NCBI GenBank assembly: GCA_031283185.1
Contig: JAITCH010000009.1
Location: 1,190-65,189, forward strand
Reading direction: 5' to 3'
DNA from: Rickettsiales bacterium
Lineage (GTDB): Bacteria; Pseudomonadota; Alphaproteobacteria; Rs-D84
DNA length: 64,000 nucleotides
Below the pieces are notes generated by a model. It did no database searches and was not told the origin of the DNA. It saw only the letters and a program-made list of their open reading frames with translations. Both the position numbers and the translations under genes were made by a program. Positions 19,417 to 28,404 of this stretch are shown piece by piece (positions within the stretch are counted from its first letter, which is position 1; every line of letters starts with the position of its first letter).

Positions 19417-20451
19417 TTATCTCGCTCTCTGAGCCGGGCGACAGACGCGGTATTGCATAAATTTCGGGGTATTTCGCATAGCCATCATATGTTGGACGCT
19501 GACATTTGATACGCGTTTGATTTCGTTGCCGTCTGCGAATTTTGGATCTACCACGCGGTTTTTAATATATACATTTATTGGTGCCCACGGACAACCCATC
19601 TGCATATTTGCTTCGGGCGGGCGGTTCAGCGCGTGAAGATATTTCCGAATTACTCCGTCTGTCCTAGCGGCACATTTAAGGTCTGTTATGATGGCGTCAT
19701 CGCCGTATTTCCAAAGGTCTTCGCGTTTTACATAACCCTTAGAGATGGCATAAGATAACATTTCGCCGTTCAGTCCGAACATTACGGCGTCCTCAAAATT
19801 TGCATATGCGATTTCATTCATCACTTGAAAGTTTTCGACAAATCGGCGCGCTGGTTCAACGCTATTAAAAATTATTTCATTGTCCCGAATGACCAGCGCG
19901 TCAATAATGGCGGAGAAATATGACGGGGCACCATCTTCTTGGCGAAGGCGCATTCCGCCGACCAGCGAATAATCAATTCGGTCGGCGCAAATGTCGGGCA
20001 GATTGTTTTCCAATAACGGGAAGTTCGCCGGGTTTAATATGTATTCGGTGTCCATTTTGTGATGCTCGAAAATTTCGGGCAGTTCGGATTTCAAGACGAA
20101 ATCGCGGTGAAACGGGTCGTGTCCGGGCTGGGCTTTTTGATTGTCAAGGGTGGAATCTATGTAATCAATCGTGTGGGATAATGCGGGGTGGGACACATCG
20201 TGGATTAAACCGGCGGCTTGTTCTTCCAGACGCGCGCCCAAGCGGCGCAGTAAAAGGAATACGCCGATCGAATGTTCCAGGCGATTGAACGGGAAGTCTT
20301 TTTGCGCGCCGGGGTAATAGCCACCCATCTGAATTTTGCCCAGACGACCAAGGGATGGCGATGCCATCAGGTCGATAAGGACTTGTTCGGTTATGTTAAA
20401 ATCGCCGTAAAGAGGATGGTTGATTTTGACCATAGTGTTGCATTCTGCCAT
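19417..20451 (-). CDS. HD-domain phosphohydrolase
   Basis: HSIGV...IHDVSH...DRID metal-binding motifs. Start trimmed to MAECNT; the track ORF is extended through the repeat array to 20637. Confidence 0.65.
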   Translation of the reverse strand: MAECNTMVKINHPLYGDFNITEQVLIDLMASPSLGRLGKIQMGGYYPGAQKDFPFNRLEHSIGVFLLLRRLGARLEEQAAGLIHDVSHPALSHTIDYIDSTLDNQKAQPGHDPFHRDFVLKSELPEIFEHHKMDTEYILNPANFPLLENNLPDICADRIDYSLVGGMRLRQEDGAPSYFSAIIDALVIRDNEIIFNSVEPARRFVENFQVMNEIAYANFEDAVMFGLNGEMLSYAISKGYVKREDLWKYGDDAIITDLKCAARTDGVIRKYLHALNRPPEANMQMGCPWAPINVYIKNRVVDPKFADGNEIKRVSNVSVQHMMAMRNTPKFMQYRVCRPAQRAR

Positions 20452-20474
20452 AAATTCCCATTTTGTCAAGCCCC

Positions 20475-20640
20475 AAATTCCCCCTCCAATTAATAAGTCA
20501 TCCCCCGGCTTGACCGGGGGATCTCGGCAAATAAATTCCCCTCCAAGGTGGAGGGGTGCCGCGCCGTAGCGAAGCGTAGGCGGACGGGGTGGTTGGTGTT
20601 TACCAACACACTTGCCCAAATCACCCTCCCCTTGCACAAG
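20475..20640. repeat. Composite palindromic element array
   Basis: gtcatcccccggcttgaccgggggatc, then aattcccctccaaggtggaggggtg...cgtagcgaagcgtaggcggacggggtggtt. Confidence 0.8.
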
Positions 20641-20666
20641 GACATTTTACCTTTTATAATCCGCCT

Positions 20667-21995
20667 ATGTTTCAGCCCCAAATCACTTTCATAATTCCAT
20701 TCTATAATGTTGAAAAATACTTTGATAAATGTATTGCTTCCGTTTGCGGGCAGACTCTGAATGACATAGAAATTCTGTTGATAGACGACTGCGGCACTGA
20801 CGGCTCTCGCGCGATTGCCGATAAATGGGCTGCGCGGGATTCGCGCATTCGCATAGTGGAAAATCCGAAAAACATCGGCATTGGCAAATCATATAATGCA
20901 GGGATTGCGAACGCGTCCGGCGAATATATTGCATTTGTTGACAGCGATGACTTCATAGCGAATAACTATGCCGATACTTTGCTTTACGCCGCATCGAAAA
21001 CCGGGGCGGAGATGGTCTTTGGCCGCGCCATTGCGGTGGACGAAGACGGCGGGAACCAGCAAAATTATTATCCGTTCGGACTTGCTCCGTGCCGTGGATT
21101 GTTTATGCATCCGAACGATTGCCGTCATTTGACTATTTGGGGAGTTTTGTTCAGCGCGGACTTGCTGCGCCGCCATTCTGGCATTCGGTTTGAATCGGAT
21201 GGCAGCGCGATATGGAACGAAGATACGGGTTTCGCGTTTATGTTCGCCGCGCTGAGCAATTATGTGGCGGAGATTCCGCAGGCGGTTTATTATTATCGGC
21301 AAAGGGCGCACAGCGTTCAGTCGCAGTTTTTTACGGACGGGGCGAATTACGCGCTTGCGGAATTTGTCCACGCGAATAAAGTGTTGGAATGGTTCAGGAA
21401 TGTTTATCTTGGCGCGTGCAAATCGGAATGGGTGTATCAGGCCGAGGCATTGTTTCTGACCGGGTGCTTCAAGCCGATGTTTTTTAATCAATGTTCGGAT
21501 CGGGAGCAAACATTTCAGTTGTTCAAGAAAGTTGTGAAGACAATCCACAAATCGTATAATCCGCGTCTTTATAAATTGGCGCAGCGAGTTCTGAGAATCA
21601 CACGAAGGGCGAAAACGCATCAGCAGTTTTTGCGATTGGTAGCGCGAAGGATTCGGCTTAGAACGAGTTTGCTGTCAGACATACTTTATAATGATGCGGC
21701 AATGCGGGTTCGTAGAGGACATCCGATTGATTGGTTGATTTATAAATTGAATATGTTGTGGCAGAATTGGTTTGATGACAAGGATATTTCGATACAGAAT
21801 TTTGAGACGCACGATGAATCGTCCGTGCAAAAGCATATGACATTTGAAGAATTTACGGCGGGCATAGAGCCTGATGCGGAAGAGGTTAATTTATATTATA
21901 CGGGTGATTTATTTGGGAATAAGGATTTAAGGAAGATGATGAAGTTTGCGAAACAGAATTCATTTATTCTAACGATCCGCGAGGCGCGGGCCTAA
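20667..21995 (+). CDS. Glycosyltransferase family 2
   Basis: ITFIIPFYNVEKYFDKCIASV...LLIDDCGTDGS. Start trimmed to the ATG at 20667. Confidence 0.75.
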   Translation: MFQPQITFIIPFYNVEKYFDKCIASVCGQTLNDIEILLIDDCGTDGSRAIADKWAARDSRIRIVENPKNIGIGKSYNAGIANASGEYIAFVDSDDFIANNYADTLLYAASKTGAEMVFGRAIAVDEDGGNQQNYYPFGLAPCRGLFMHPNDCRHLTIWGVLFSADLLRRHSGIRFESDGSAIWNEDTGFAFMFAALSNYVAEIPQAVYYYRQRAHSVQSQFFTDGANYALAEFVHANKVLEWFRNVYLGACKSEWVYQAEALFLTGCFKPMFFNQCSDREQTFQLFKKVVKTIHKSYNPRLYKLAQRVLRITRRAKTHQQFLRLVARRIRLRTSLLSDILYNDAAMRVRRGHPIDWLIYKLNMLWQNWFDDKDISIQNFETHDESSVQKHMTFEEFTAGIEPDAEEVNLYYTGDLFGNKDLRKMMKFAKQNSFILTIREARA

Positions 21996-22007
21996 ACTTC
22001 CCTCTTC

Positions 22008-22212
22008 TTTTTTCTTGTCAGCCCCGCGCAGGCGGGGCTAGGGCTAAAAATCGCGGGCACAGCCCGCCACCAAAACGGCACCAAAGGTGCCGTCATCCCC
22101 GTGAAGACGGGGATCTCAAATTGGATAGTGCCGAATTAATTGGATTTTTTTACAATCTGAGATTCCCGCCTTCGCGGGAATGACAAAAATGAAAGGGGGC
22201 ATTCGCCCCCGA
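22008..22212. repeat. Palindromic element cluster (dRS3-like ATTCCC-N8-GGGAAT hairpins)
   Basis: gtcagccccgcgcaggcggggct, ggcaccaaaggtgccgtcatccccgtgaagacggggatctc, gattcccgccttcgcgggaatgac. Confidence 0.8.
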
Positions 22213-22216
22213 TTGA

Positions 22217-24382
22217 TTAACTGGGTCTTTCATCTGATTGTTGGCCTATGGCATCAACCAATATCTCTGGCTTTGATGATGGCGGATTACCTGGAATAAA
22301 GGTTATATCAACGCGTCGAAATTGTTTTCGTAATTCTTCCAAATCCTTTCTAGATAATTTTCCGGCTTTCGCTACTGCGGCTTTTGCCGCGTTAGATCCC
22401 TTCCCCTCGTGTTTCATTCTTTTCTGCATTGTTTCACCAGCTCTTTGCAATTCAGACCCCGTAGCAAACAATTGTTGGCCCAGTTCTTCTTTTATCTTTC
22501 GTGCTCGGTCTTCTGATAATTTATCATTAGTTTTATCAGTTCCTGTGTCATCAGCATAACCTTCAACATTTATTTTCCAATCTTTATATCCAGCGGCTTC
22601 TGCTGCTTTAATTTTCGCACTCAATTTTCCTCTCTGGCAAGTTAAGAATTTAATTTCATACCCCATTACATTATTATTTTCGTCTTTACATTCGTTCATC
22701 CATCTTGCGTGTTCATTTATATCAGATTTGCCAACCTCAAAAAATCCACCTTCAAAATCTGAGTCAATAAGTTTATATGTAACGATTTCCGGTGCGGCAA
22801 CCGTTTGCTCTGTTAATGCAGGTGTCGGTAGTTCTGGTTGAGACGCGCTAACAAGTCTGACATATACACCGCAGTCATCAATTTTCTTTGAGGCTGATAC
22901 TGTCTCGCCGGTTGCACAAGTTGCACCTTCTTCTACCATTTCCTTTGCGTTTGTTATACACGCATTAAATCTCACAACTTTACCTTCACCCGGCAGTGCG
23001 TTTTTGGCTTTGCAATCGCAATCACATTCCTCACTCTCGGTGCTTGCTGGAGCCGGAGCGTCTTGTTTCTGCTCCTCCATTGCATCCTTTACACCTTCCA
23101 ACATCCCTGCTGCCTTATCCAACTTCTCTCCTGGCAATCCATTTTTAAGCATATCCAATCCTACACTTGCGCCGATACCGAGTCCTGCGCCCATAAGTGC
23201 TGCGACGGAAGATTTCTGCTGAATGGTAGAGTATATAGCATTTTGTAAGTATTGTGTAACATCCACCCCAAACCATTGATCCGTGCATTGATATTGCGAA
23301 CCGGGCATAACCATTTTGGATGCCGGTGTATATCTGCGCCCTTGCGCCTCTACTGACAAAAAGGCCGTAAATACGCAATTACCCGACCGCTCGTCAAAAC
23401 TCGCGCCGGAATCGCGGCACAACTGACGCATTTGCGGCAGCATTACATCCAGTTCTTTTTGTAATTCGGCGATGCGCTTTTCCTTTTCCACGCGAAGTGT
23501 CGCCATCATATTAGTGAACCGCGCTTGAATTCCGCTATCATAAGGGCGGCATCTGTCATAAACCGGCTTGCAGTAATTCAGTGCGGAATTAATTTTTGCT
23601 TGCGTTACGCATCCGTTAAAGCCGACTACTGCGCCGCCGCCGATCAAGCTCCGCGCGTCCGTGGTGGCGCATTGCGTTTGCAAGCAGTTGCTGTATTCGT
23701 TGTTGCAACTGATAATAAGGTTCATCAACGAAATTTTTGCATCCACGCGGATGTCTTCTTTTATAATGTCGCCATAGACGCCGATTTCCGCGCCTGTGCA
23801 ACTGGTTTTCGCGCGGCACTTTTGGAATCGGGCTGACCAGATGGCATCGGTATCATCGTTGCATTTTTGAAGGTCGGAACCGCAATCACCGATCACGCAG
23901 GTATTAAGTTCGGTTTCACATTTTGACCGCGAAGCATTGGCAACCCCGCGCAAGAATTCGGATTCGGACGCATCGGCCTTGTCGCGTTCAGCGATGCGAA
24001 GCCGCGCGGCGGTGCGGGCGTCGACATTGTTGTCGCCGCCAACCAAAGAATCCATACTTTCTACGAACGAGTTGTCTACTTCGGGCGATTCGGTTGCGCG
24101 TTCGGGCTCAACGAAGACGGCCTCGGGTTCTGCAACTGGTGCTTGAACGGCGGGGGTTAATGTGTTGCGGGCTGTGGAGGCGCGCGTTGGAGTAACGGGT
24201 GTTCCGCCCAAAACTGCTCGGGGCGAGCCGCCGGCGGCGGGCGCAGTTGCGGCGACTGTGTTTGCGGCGGCGGGACCACGCGCAGCCGAACGGGCGCGCG
24301 CTGGCGCATCTGCTGCGAATGCTCCGCCGATGACCATAACGGACATCAAATTCGCTAATAAAATTTTATCCAATATCTTCAC
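22217..24382 (-). CDS. OmpA-family protein with large cysteine-rich N-terminal domain
   Basis: Signal peptide. Cys-rich region of about 500 aa. C-terminal OmpA-like peptidoglycan-binding motif NVEGYADDTGTDKTNDKLSEDRARKIKEEL. Confidence 0.7.
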   Translation of the reverse strand: MKILDKILLANLMSVMVIGGAFAADAPARARSAARGPAAANTVAATAPAAGGSPRAVLGGTPVTPTRASTARNTLTPAVQAPVAEPEAVFVEPERATESPEVDNSFVESMDSLVGGDNNVDARTAARLRIAERDKADASESEFLRGVANASRSKCETELNTCVIGDCGSDLQKCNDDTDAIWSARFQKCRAKTSCTGAEIGVYGDIIKEDIRVDAKISLMNLIISCNNEYSNCLQTQCATTDARSLIGGGAVVGFNGCVTQAKINSALNYCKPVYDRCRPYDSGIQARFTNMMATLRVEKEKRIAELQKELDVMLPQMRQLCRDSGASFDERSGNCVFTAFLSVEAQGRRYTPASKMVMPGSQYQCTDQWFGVDVTQYLQNAIYSTIQQKSSVAALMGAGLGIGASVGLDMLKNGLPGEKLDKAAGMLEGVKDAMEEQKQDAPAPASTESEECDCDCKAKNALPGEGKVVRFNACITNAKEMVEEGATCATGETVSASKKIDDCGVYVRLVSASQPELPTPALTEQTVAAPEIVTYKLIDSDFEGGFFEVGKSDINEHARWMNECKDENNNVMGYEIKFLTCQRGKLSAKIKAAEAAGYKDWKINVEGYADDTGTDKTNDKLSEDRARKIKEELGQQLFATGSELQRAGETMQKRMKHEGKGSNAAKAAVAKAGKLSRKDLEELRKQFRRVDITFIPGNPPSSKPEILVDAIGQQSDERPS

Positions 24383-24394
24383 TTTTCTTCCTTC

Positions 24395-24470
24395 GTCATC
24401 CCGGCGCAGGCCGGGATATTTGCATAAGTCATTGCCCGGCTTGACCGGGCAATCCCGGCCGCTTAAAACT
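24395..24470. repeat. Palindromic elements
   Basis: gtcatcccggcgcaggccgggat and gtcattgcccggcttgaccgggcaatc. Confidence 0.8.
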
Positions 24471-25443
24471 TAAAATTCGCCGCCCTTTGTATTTTACACA
24501 CTTCGTCGTCGACATATCCGCAAAGGGTTTCCGCCATTGCGCGCGATGCCTGGAATTTGCAACTGGTGGTTCCCATTGTTTTTGCCGAAGTCGTTCCATT
24601 CACGCCGAGTGCCTCGTCAAACATCCAGCAGTAATTTTCCACGCATTTGCTGCGAGCCTCGTGGCTGTTGCTGCACGATTGCGCCCAAGTTTCCCAGCGT
24701 GCTTTGCGTGCATCGGCGGCATTTTGTTTCGCATCGGCCAACCGCTTGTCAATTATGTCATCGACGGATTTCGCCATAGTTTTAAGTTCGGCAAGTATTG
24801 CGCCGCCCTTGTCCGCGCACCCGGAATCCAACAAGCACGAAGAATAGAATTGATCAAACGCGGAATCCGGCATATTGGCTTTGCAGTTGACCCACCCTGC
24901 TCCGCAGCGCGCCTCATTGGTCATACAAGAACCGATAAGAGTCTTGCATTCGTCCTTGGATTTTTCCGCGGCGACTTTGCTGGTGGCGGCGTCATATTCT
25001 TCGGCAGTCATAAATGCGCGGCAAGATTCCTTAATAAGTTTATCGTATTCGTCTCGCGCATCATCGTTGGTGCAGTTTGGAACTTTGCCGATGCACATAC
25101 CGATTGACCAGGCGTATCGTTCGTCCGGCGCGTCCGGCGCATTTTTCATTTCACGATCGCTGATAAGAAGTTTTGGATTGCCCGCACCGATCGACAGAGA
25201 TTGGAAGGTCGGCGCAAAGCCCGCGCCTATATAAGTATCTTTTTTAGATTTTGCAATATTGGAAGCGCGTTCGGAACCGCATAGAGTGCAGCGCGAGCCT
25301 GGGTCGGTAGAGAGATCTTTGGCGCAGGCGGAGTCGATGCAGTTAGTAAGGTCGGGGATACGGCAAACGGCCTTAGGTGCGCCGAAAGCGGGTGCACTTA
25401 TAATGATAGCTGCCAATGAAAAGTATAATGATTTCATAAACAT
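24463..25443 (-). CDS. Secreted cysteine-rich protein, paralogous to the N-domain of the adjacent OmpA-family gene
   Basis: Signal peptide MFMKSLYFSLAAIIISAPAFG. Shared NCIDSACA / CxxC motifs. C-terminal NFKF. Confidence 0.6.
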   Translation of the reverse strand: MFMKSLYFSLAAIIISAPAFGAPKAVCRIPDLTNCIDSACAKDLSTDPGSRCTLCGSERASNIAKSKKDTYIGAGFAPTFQSLSIGAGNPKLLISDREMKNAPDAPDERYAWSIGMCIGKVPNCTNDDARDEYDKLIKESCRAFMTAEEYDAATSKVAAEKSKDECKTLIGSCMTNEARCGAGWVNCKANMPDSAFDQFYSSCLLDSGCADKGGAILAELKTMAKSVDDIIDKRLADAKQNAADARKARWETWAQSCSNSHEARSKCVENYCWMFDEALGVNGTTSAKTMGTTSCKFQASRAMAETLCGYVDDEVCKIQRAANFKF

Positions 25444-25539
25444 TCTCTGTTAATGATTTATTTTATCATATTTATATCCCTCCACCAAGCAAAAAAATGT
25501 CCCCTCAAAGGCGAAACCATCTGGACGGCGCAGCCGGAC

Positions 25540-25690
25540 GGGGTAGTGGACAATAAATTCCCCTCTCATGTGGAGGGGTGTCGCGCCGTAGCGAAGCGTA
25601 GGCGGACGGGGTGGTTGGCGCTTGTTAATCGCACAAATTTTAGCGGGGCGGGGTCTCCCGACCCCGCCCCGAACATTTTATCAACTTTCC
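25540..25690. repeat. Composite palindromic element plus terminator-like hairpin
   Basis: aattcccctctcatgtggaggggtg...ggggtggttggcgcttgttaatcgcacaaa, then gcggggcggggtctcccgaccccgccccgaacattttatc. Confidence 0.8.
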
Positions 25691-25754
25691 ATTTGGAACC
25701 ACTTCTTTTTTATGATATAATGACTACAAATTAAGACCAAAAAGGGAGTCTGAA

Positions 25755-27596
25755 ATGTATAAAATTGCTGGTGTTCTGTCGCTTTTTGCAATGATGCCGA
25801 TAAGTGCGGCGGTGGCTGCGACTGCGTTTGGCGGCGGTTCTGCGCCGACGACTGCGCCGATATATAATGCCGAGGCGGTAGTTCCGCTTGATGTGCCTGC
25901 GGCTCAGGTTGCGGCTCCTGCGGCGAATGTTTCAACGGCGCGTGCGGCGGCGAATGGTGCGGGCAATGCGCGTGCGGTATTTGCAAGTCCGCGTGCGATA
26001 ATCAGCGGCAGTTTTGGTGTCAGTCCTGCTGGCGTGAATGCGCCAGTGTATCAGACGAATACCAGTGGCGGCACGACCACAAGACCGACTACGCCGGTTG
26101 ATCCTACGACTCCGCCTGTTACGACAGAGCCGGAATGGGAACCAGATATGACGATTCCCCAGTGTATGAGCAGGATTGAAAGTTGCGTAAATTCGCAACT
26201 TCCAGGCGGCATAAGGAATATGTTTGATGAAAATATGCGGACATCTATATTGAACGGCGCGAATTATTGCCAGGAAGAATTGGATGCCTGTAAAAGGATG
26301 GTTACGGCGCGGGTTCCCAAATCTGATGGTTCAAATGATTTTGATATAGTTCAGTTATATCATAATAATGTTGAATTATGGGTAGACTTTAATTCGCGTG
26401 TAATTCAGCCGCAGTATTATACATGGACATTGCAGCGGACTGGCTTGACGCCAAGACAGGCGGAGGGTGTGTGTAAGTTGCTGGATCGGAATACATTCGG
26501 GTCTTCGTTTGCGGCGGTTGGCGAAACTAACAAGGTTACGACAGAATATAATCAGAATGTGAATGCATATAATGATCAAACTGGCGCGAGTGGTTATAAG
26601 CAAAGTTCTTCGGACCAGCCGATGGGCGCGGATCTGAACAAGAACAGGGTTGATGCCAATCGTGGATATTATGCGCGTTGGGATGCGGAACAAGCGGTTT
26701 GCGAAGTTCGCGTTGCGGCATATAATGGCGATAATTTGATACATAATAATTGGGGTGGCGCGCACCAGTGGGCTGGTGATAGTTCGGACACGGGTCTGAT
26801 AAATATCGGGACTAAGGAGCCCGCAGAGGTTTGGAAACTTGCAGGTGATAATTTCAAGTGTAATTCTGATTTGTTCCCATTCAATCTGTTTAATTCGACC
26901 AAAACGGCCGCATTGTGGGGCACAGTCGGTGGCGCAGGCGTAGGTGCCGGCATCGGCGCACTTGCCGCCAACGCCTCAAGTACCACCTATGTTAGCGGGA
27001 TAGATTGTAATGACAAGAGCAACTGGAAGGCGGTTGCGAAAGCAACTGGGAAAACTGTTGGTGATGTAAACGCTTGCAAAGCACTACAAGCAGACAACTC
27101 CTCAGACAAAAACACGCCTGTCTACAAAGAAACCAAGGTAGGCACAGGCGCATTGATTGGCACAGGTGTTGGCGCGGTTGGCGGTTTGGGTCTTGCTGCG
27201 GGAATTACTTATGCATTGGAATCGCAGGCAGTAAATTGCCGTGTTGGTGATAATCTTGAAAAGGTTGCATATAATAAAGACTTCACGATCCCAACGATCA
27301 AGGATTTCTATGTGAAATGGGCATTAAAGTTGCAGGACGAACGCGGCAGTATGCCATTGCCGATTATGAGCAAATCTGATTGGACAAAGGCTTGCACTGA
27401 TAATACTATGATTACGGACGAGGCAAGTTGCACAGGTCTGAAAGTCAATTATCGCCGCGAGGGCTTGATCCAAGGTATGGTAATTGAGAATGCGTGTTCT
27501 TGGACGGTCAAAGGCAGCAAAGAGACTTGCGGGATAAATATGGTTTCGTGCTTGTCGCAAGGCATCTGTTCTCTCAGCGATGTCCAACGCCCCTAA
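25755..27596 (+). CDS. Secreted protein with Cys-containing N-domain and Gly-rich segments
   Basis: Signal peptide MYKIAGVLSLFAMMPISAAVAA. GTVGGAGVGAGIGALAA and GTGVGAVGGLGLAAG Gly-rich blocks. Confidence 0.55.
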   Translation: MYKIAGVLSLFAMMPISAAVAATAFGGGSAPTTAPIYNAEAVVPLDVPAAQVAAPAANVSTARAAANGAGNARAVFASPRAIISGSFGVSPAGVNAPVYQTNTSGGTTTRPTTPVDPTTPPVTTEPEWEPDMTIPQCMSRIESCVNSQLPGGIRNMFDENMRTSILNGANYCQEELDACKRMVTARVPKSDGSNDFDIVQLYHNNVELWVDFNSRVIQPQYYTWTLQRTGLTPRQAEGVCKLLDRNTFGSSFAAVGETNKVTTEYNQNVNAYNDQTGASGYKQSSSDQPMGADLNKNRVDANRGYYARWDAEQAVCEVRVAAYNGDNLIHNNWGGAHQWAGDSSDTGLINIGTKEPAEVWKLAGDNFKCNSDLFPFNLFNSTKTAALWGTVGGAGVGAGIGALAANASSTTYVSGIDCNDKSNWKAVAKATGKTVGDVNACKALQADNSSDKNTPVYKETKVGTGALIGTGVGAVGGLGLAAGITYALESQAVNCRVGDNLEKVAYNKDFTIPTIKDFYVKWALKLQDERGSMPLPIMSKSDWTKACTDNTMITDEASCTGLKVNYRREGLIQGMVIENACSWTVKGSKETCGINMVSCLSQGICSLSDVQRP

Positions 27597-27639
27597 GGCG
27601 AGTGCTATCTCTAAATAAACCAATGGCGGCTTTCCCCCG

Positions 27640-28025
27640 CCATTTTTTATTCCATGCCCTCTTGAGGGGCGGGGTTAGGGGTGGGGGTAATTCCCCTCTG
27701 TTTTTCTTTTGTCATTCCCGCGAAGGCGGGAATAGGGCTAATAAATGGTCGCCTCCGGCGACTCAAAATAAATTCCCCTTCAAGGTGGAGGGGTGTCGCG
27801 CCGTAGCAAAGCGTAGGCGGACGGGGTGGTTGGTACTTGTTAATCGCACAAAAGTCCCCTTCGCTGGCGAAGGGGTGCCGCGGAGCGGCGGGGTAGTGGT
27901 AAAAAATTCCCCGCCAATGGTGGCGGGGTGGCGGCGCAGCCGCCAGGGTGGTTAGAAAGCCTCGCCCGGCTTTGCCGGGAGAGGAGGAAACCTCGGTGGC
28001 TCTGCCGCCAAAGGTTTCCGGCGAG
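27640..28025. repeat. Long array of palindromic element units
   Basis: At least five consecutive units (tgtcattcccgcgaaggcgggaat; aattccccttcaaggtggaggggtg; gtccccttcgctggcgaaggggtg; aattccccgccaatggtggcggggtg; gcctcgcccggctttgccgggagagg). Confidence 0.85.
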
Positions 28026-28037
28026 GGCACGCACCTC

Positions 28038-28403
28038 TTACCCTTTCTTCTTCTTAATCCTATGATGGACTTCGGCCTTCTTTATATCTCTGCAATGCTC
28101 GCACCGAAATTCGGGGTTCTTGTCATCTTTGCGATTATATCCCATCCATTCCGCAATGCGATAACCATCGCCTACCTTGCCGCAATCCGCGCATTTAACA
28201 TCATCCCGAATTTCCCACAGCGGATTATGCGACATACTGCGGAAAATAAATCTGTCGACCCAAAAGAATATCAATCCGCCAATAAGATTCGCAATAATCG
28301 TCGCCCAAATCGTGCTCATATTGCTCAGCACTATCAGCACCACCGCAAGAATCGGGGTACTCAGCTGCCACCTTATCAAATAAAGCGCGTATTTTTTAAT
28401 CAT
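28038..28403 (-). CDS. GtrA-like membrane protein with C-terminal zinc-ribbon
   Basis: TM helices (ILAVVLIVLSNMSTIWATIIANLIGGLIFFWV), then a CADCG...CEHC ribbon. Start trimmed to MIKKY so as not to overlap the upstream gene. Confidence 0.5.
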   Translation of the reverse strand: MIKKYALYLIRWQLSTPILAVVLIVLSNMSTIWATIIANLIGGLIFFWVDRFIFRSMSHNPLWEIRDDVKCADCGKVGDGYRIAEWMGYNRKDDKNPEFRCEHCRDIKKAEVHHRIKKKKG

Positions 28404-28404
28404 A

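Noticed and set aside
22008-22212. Neisseria identity on the basis of dRS3-like ATTCCC-N8-GGGAAT repeats and a Slam gene
   Set aside because: No DNA uptake sequence (GCCGTCTGAA or variants) was found anywhere in 64 kb, and the protein sequences do not look Neisserial. The organism is left unassigned.
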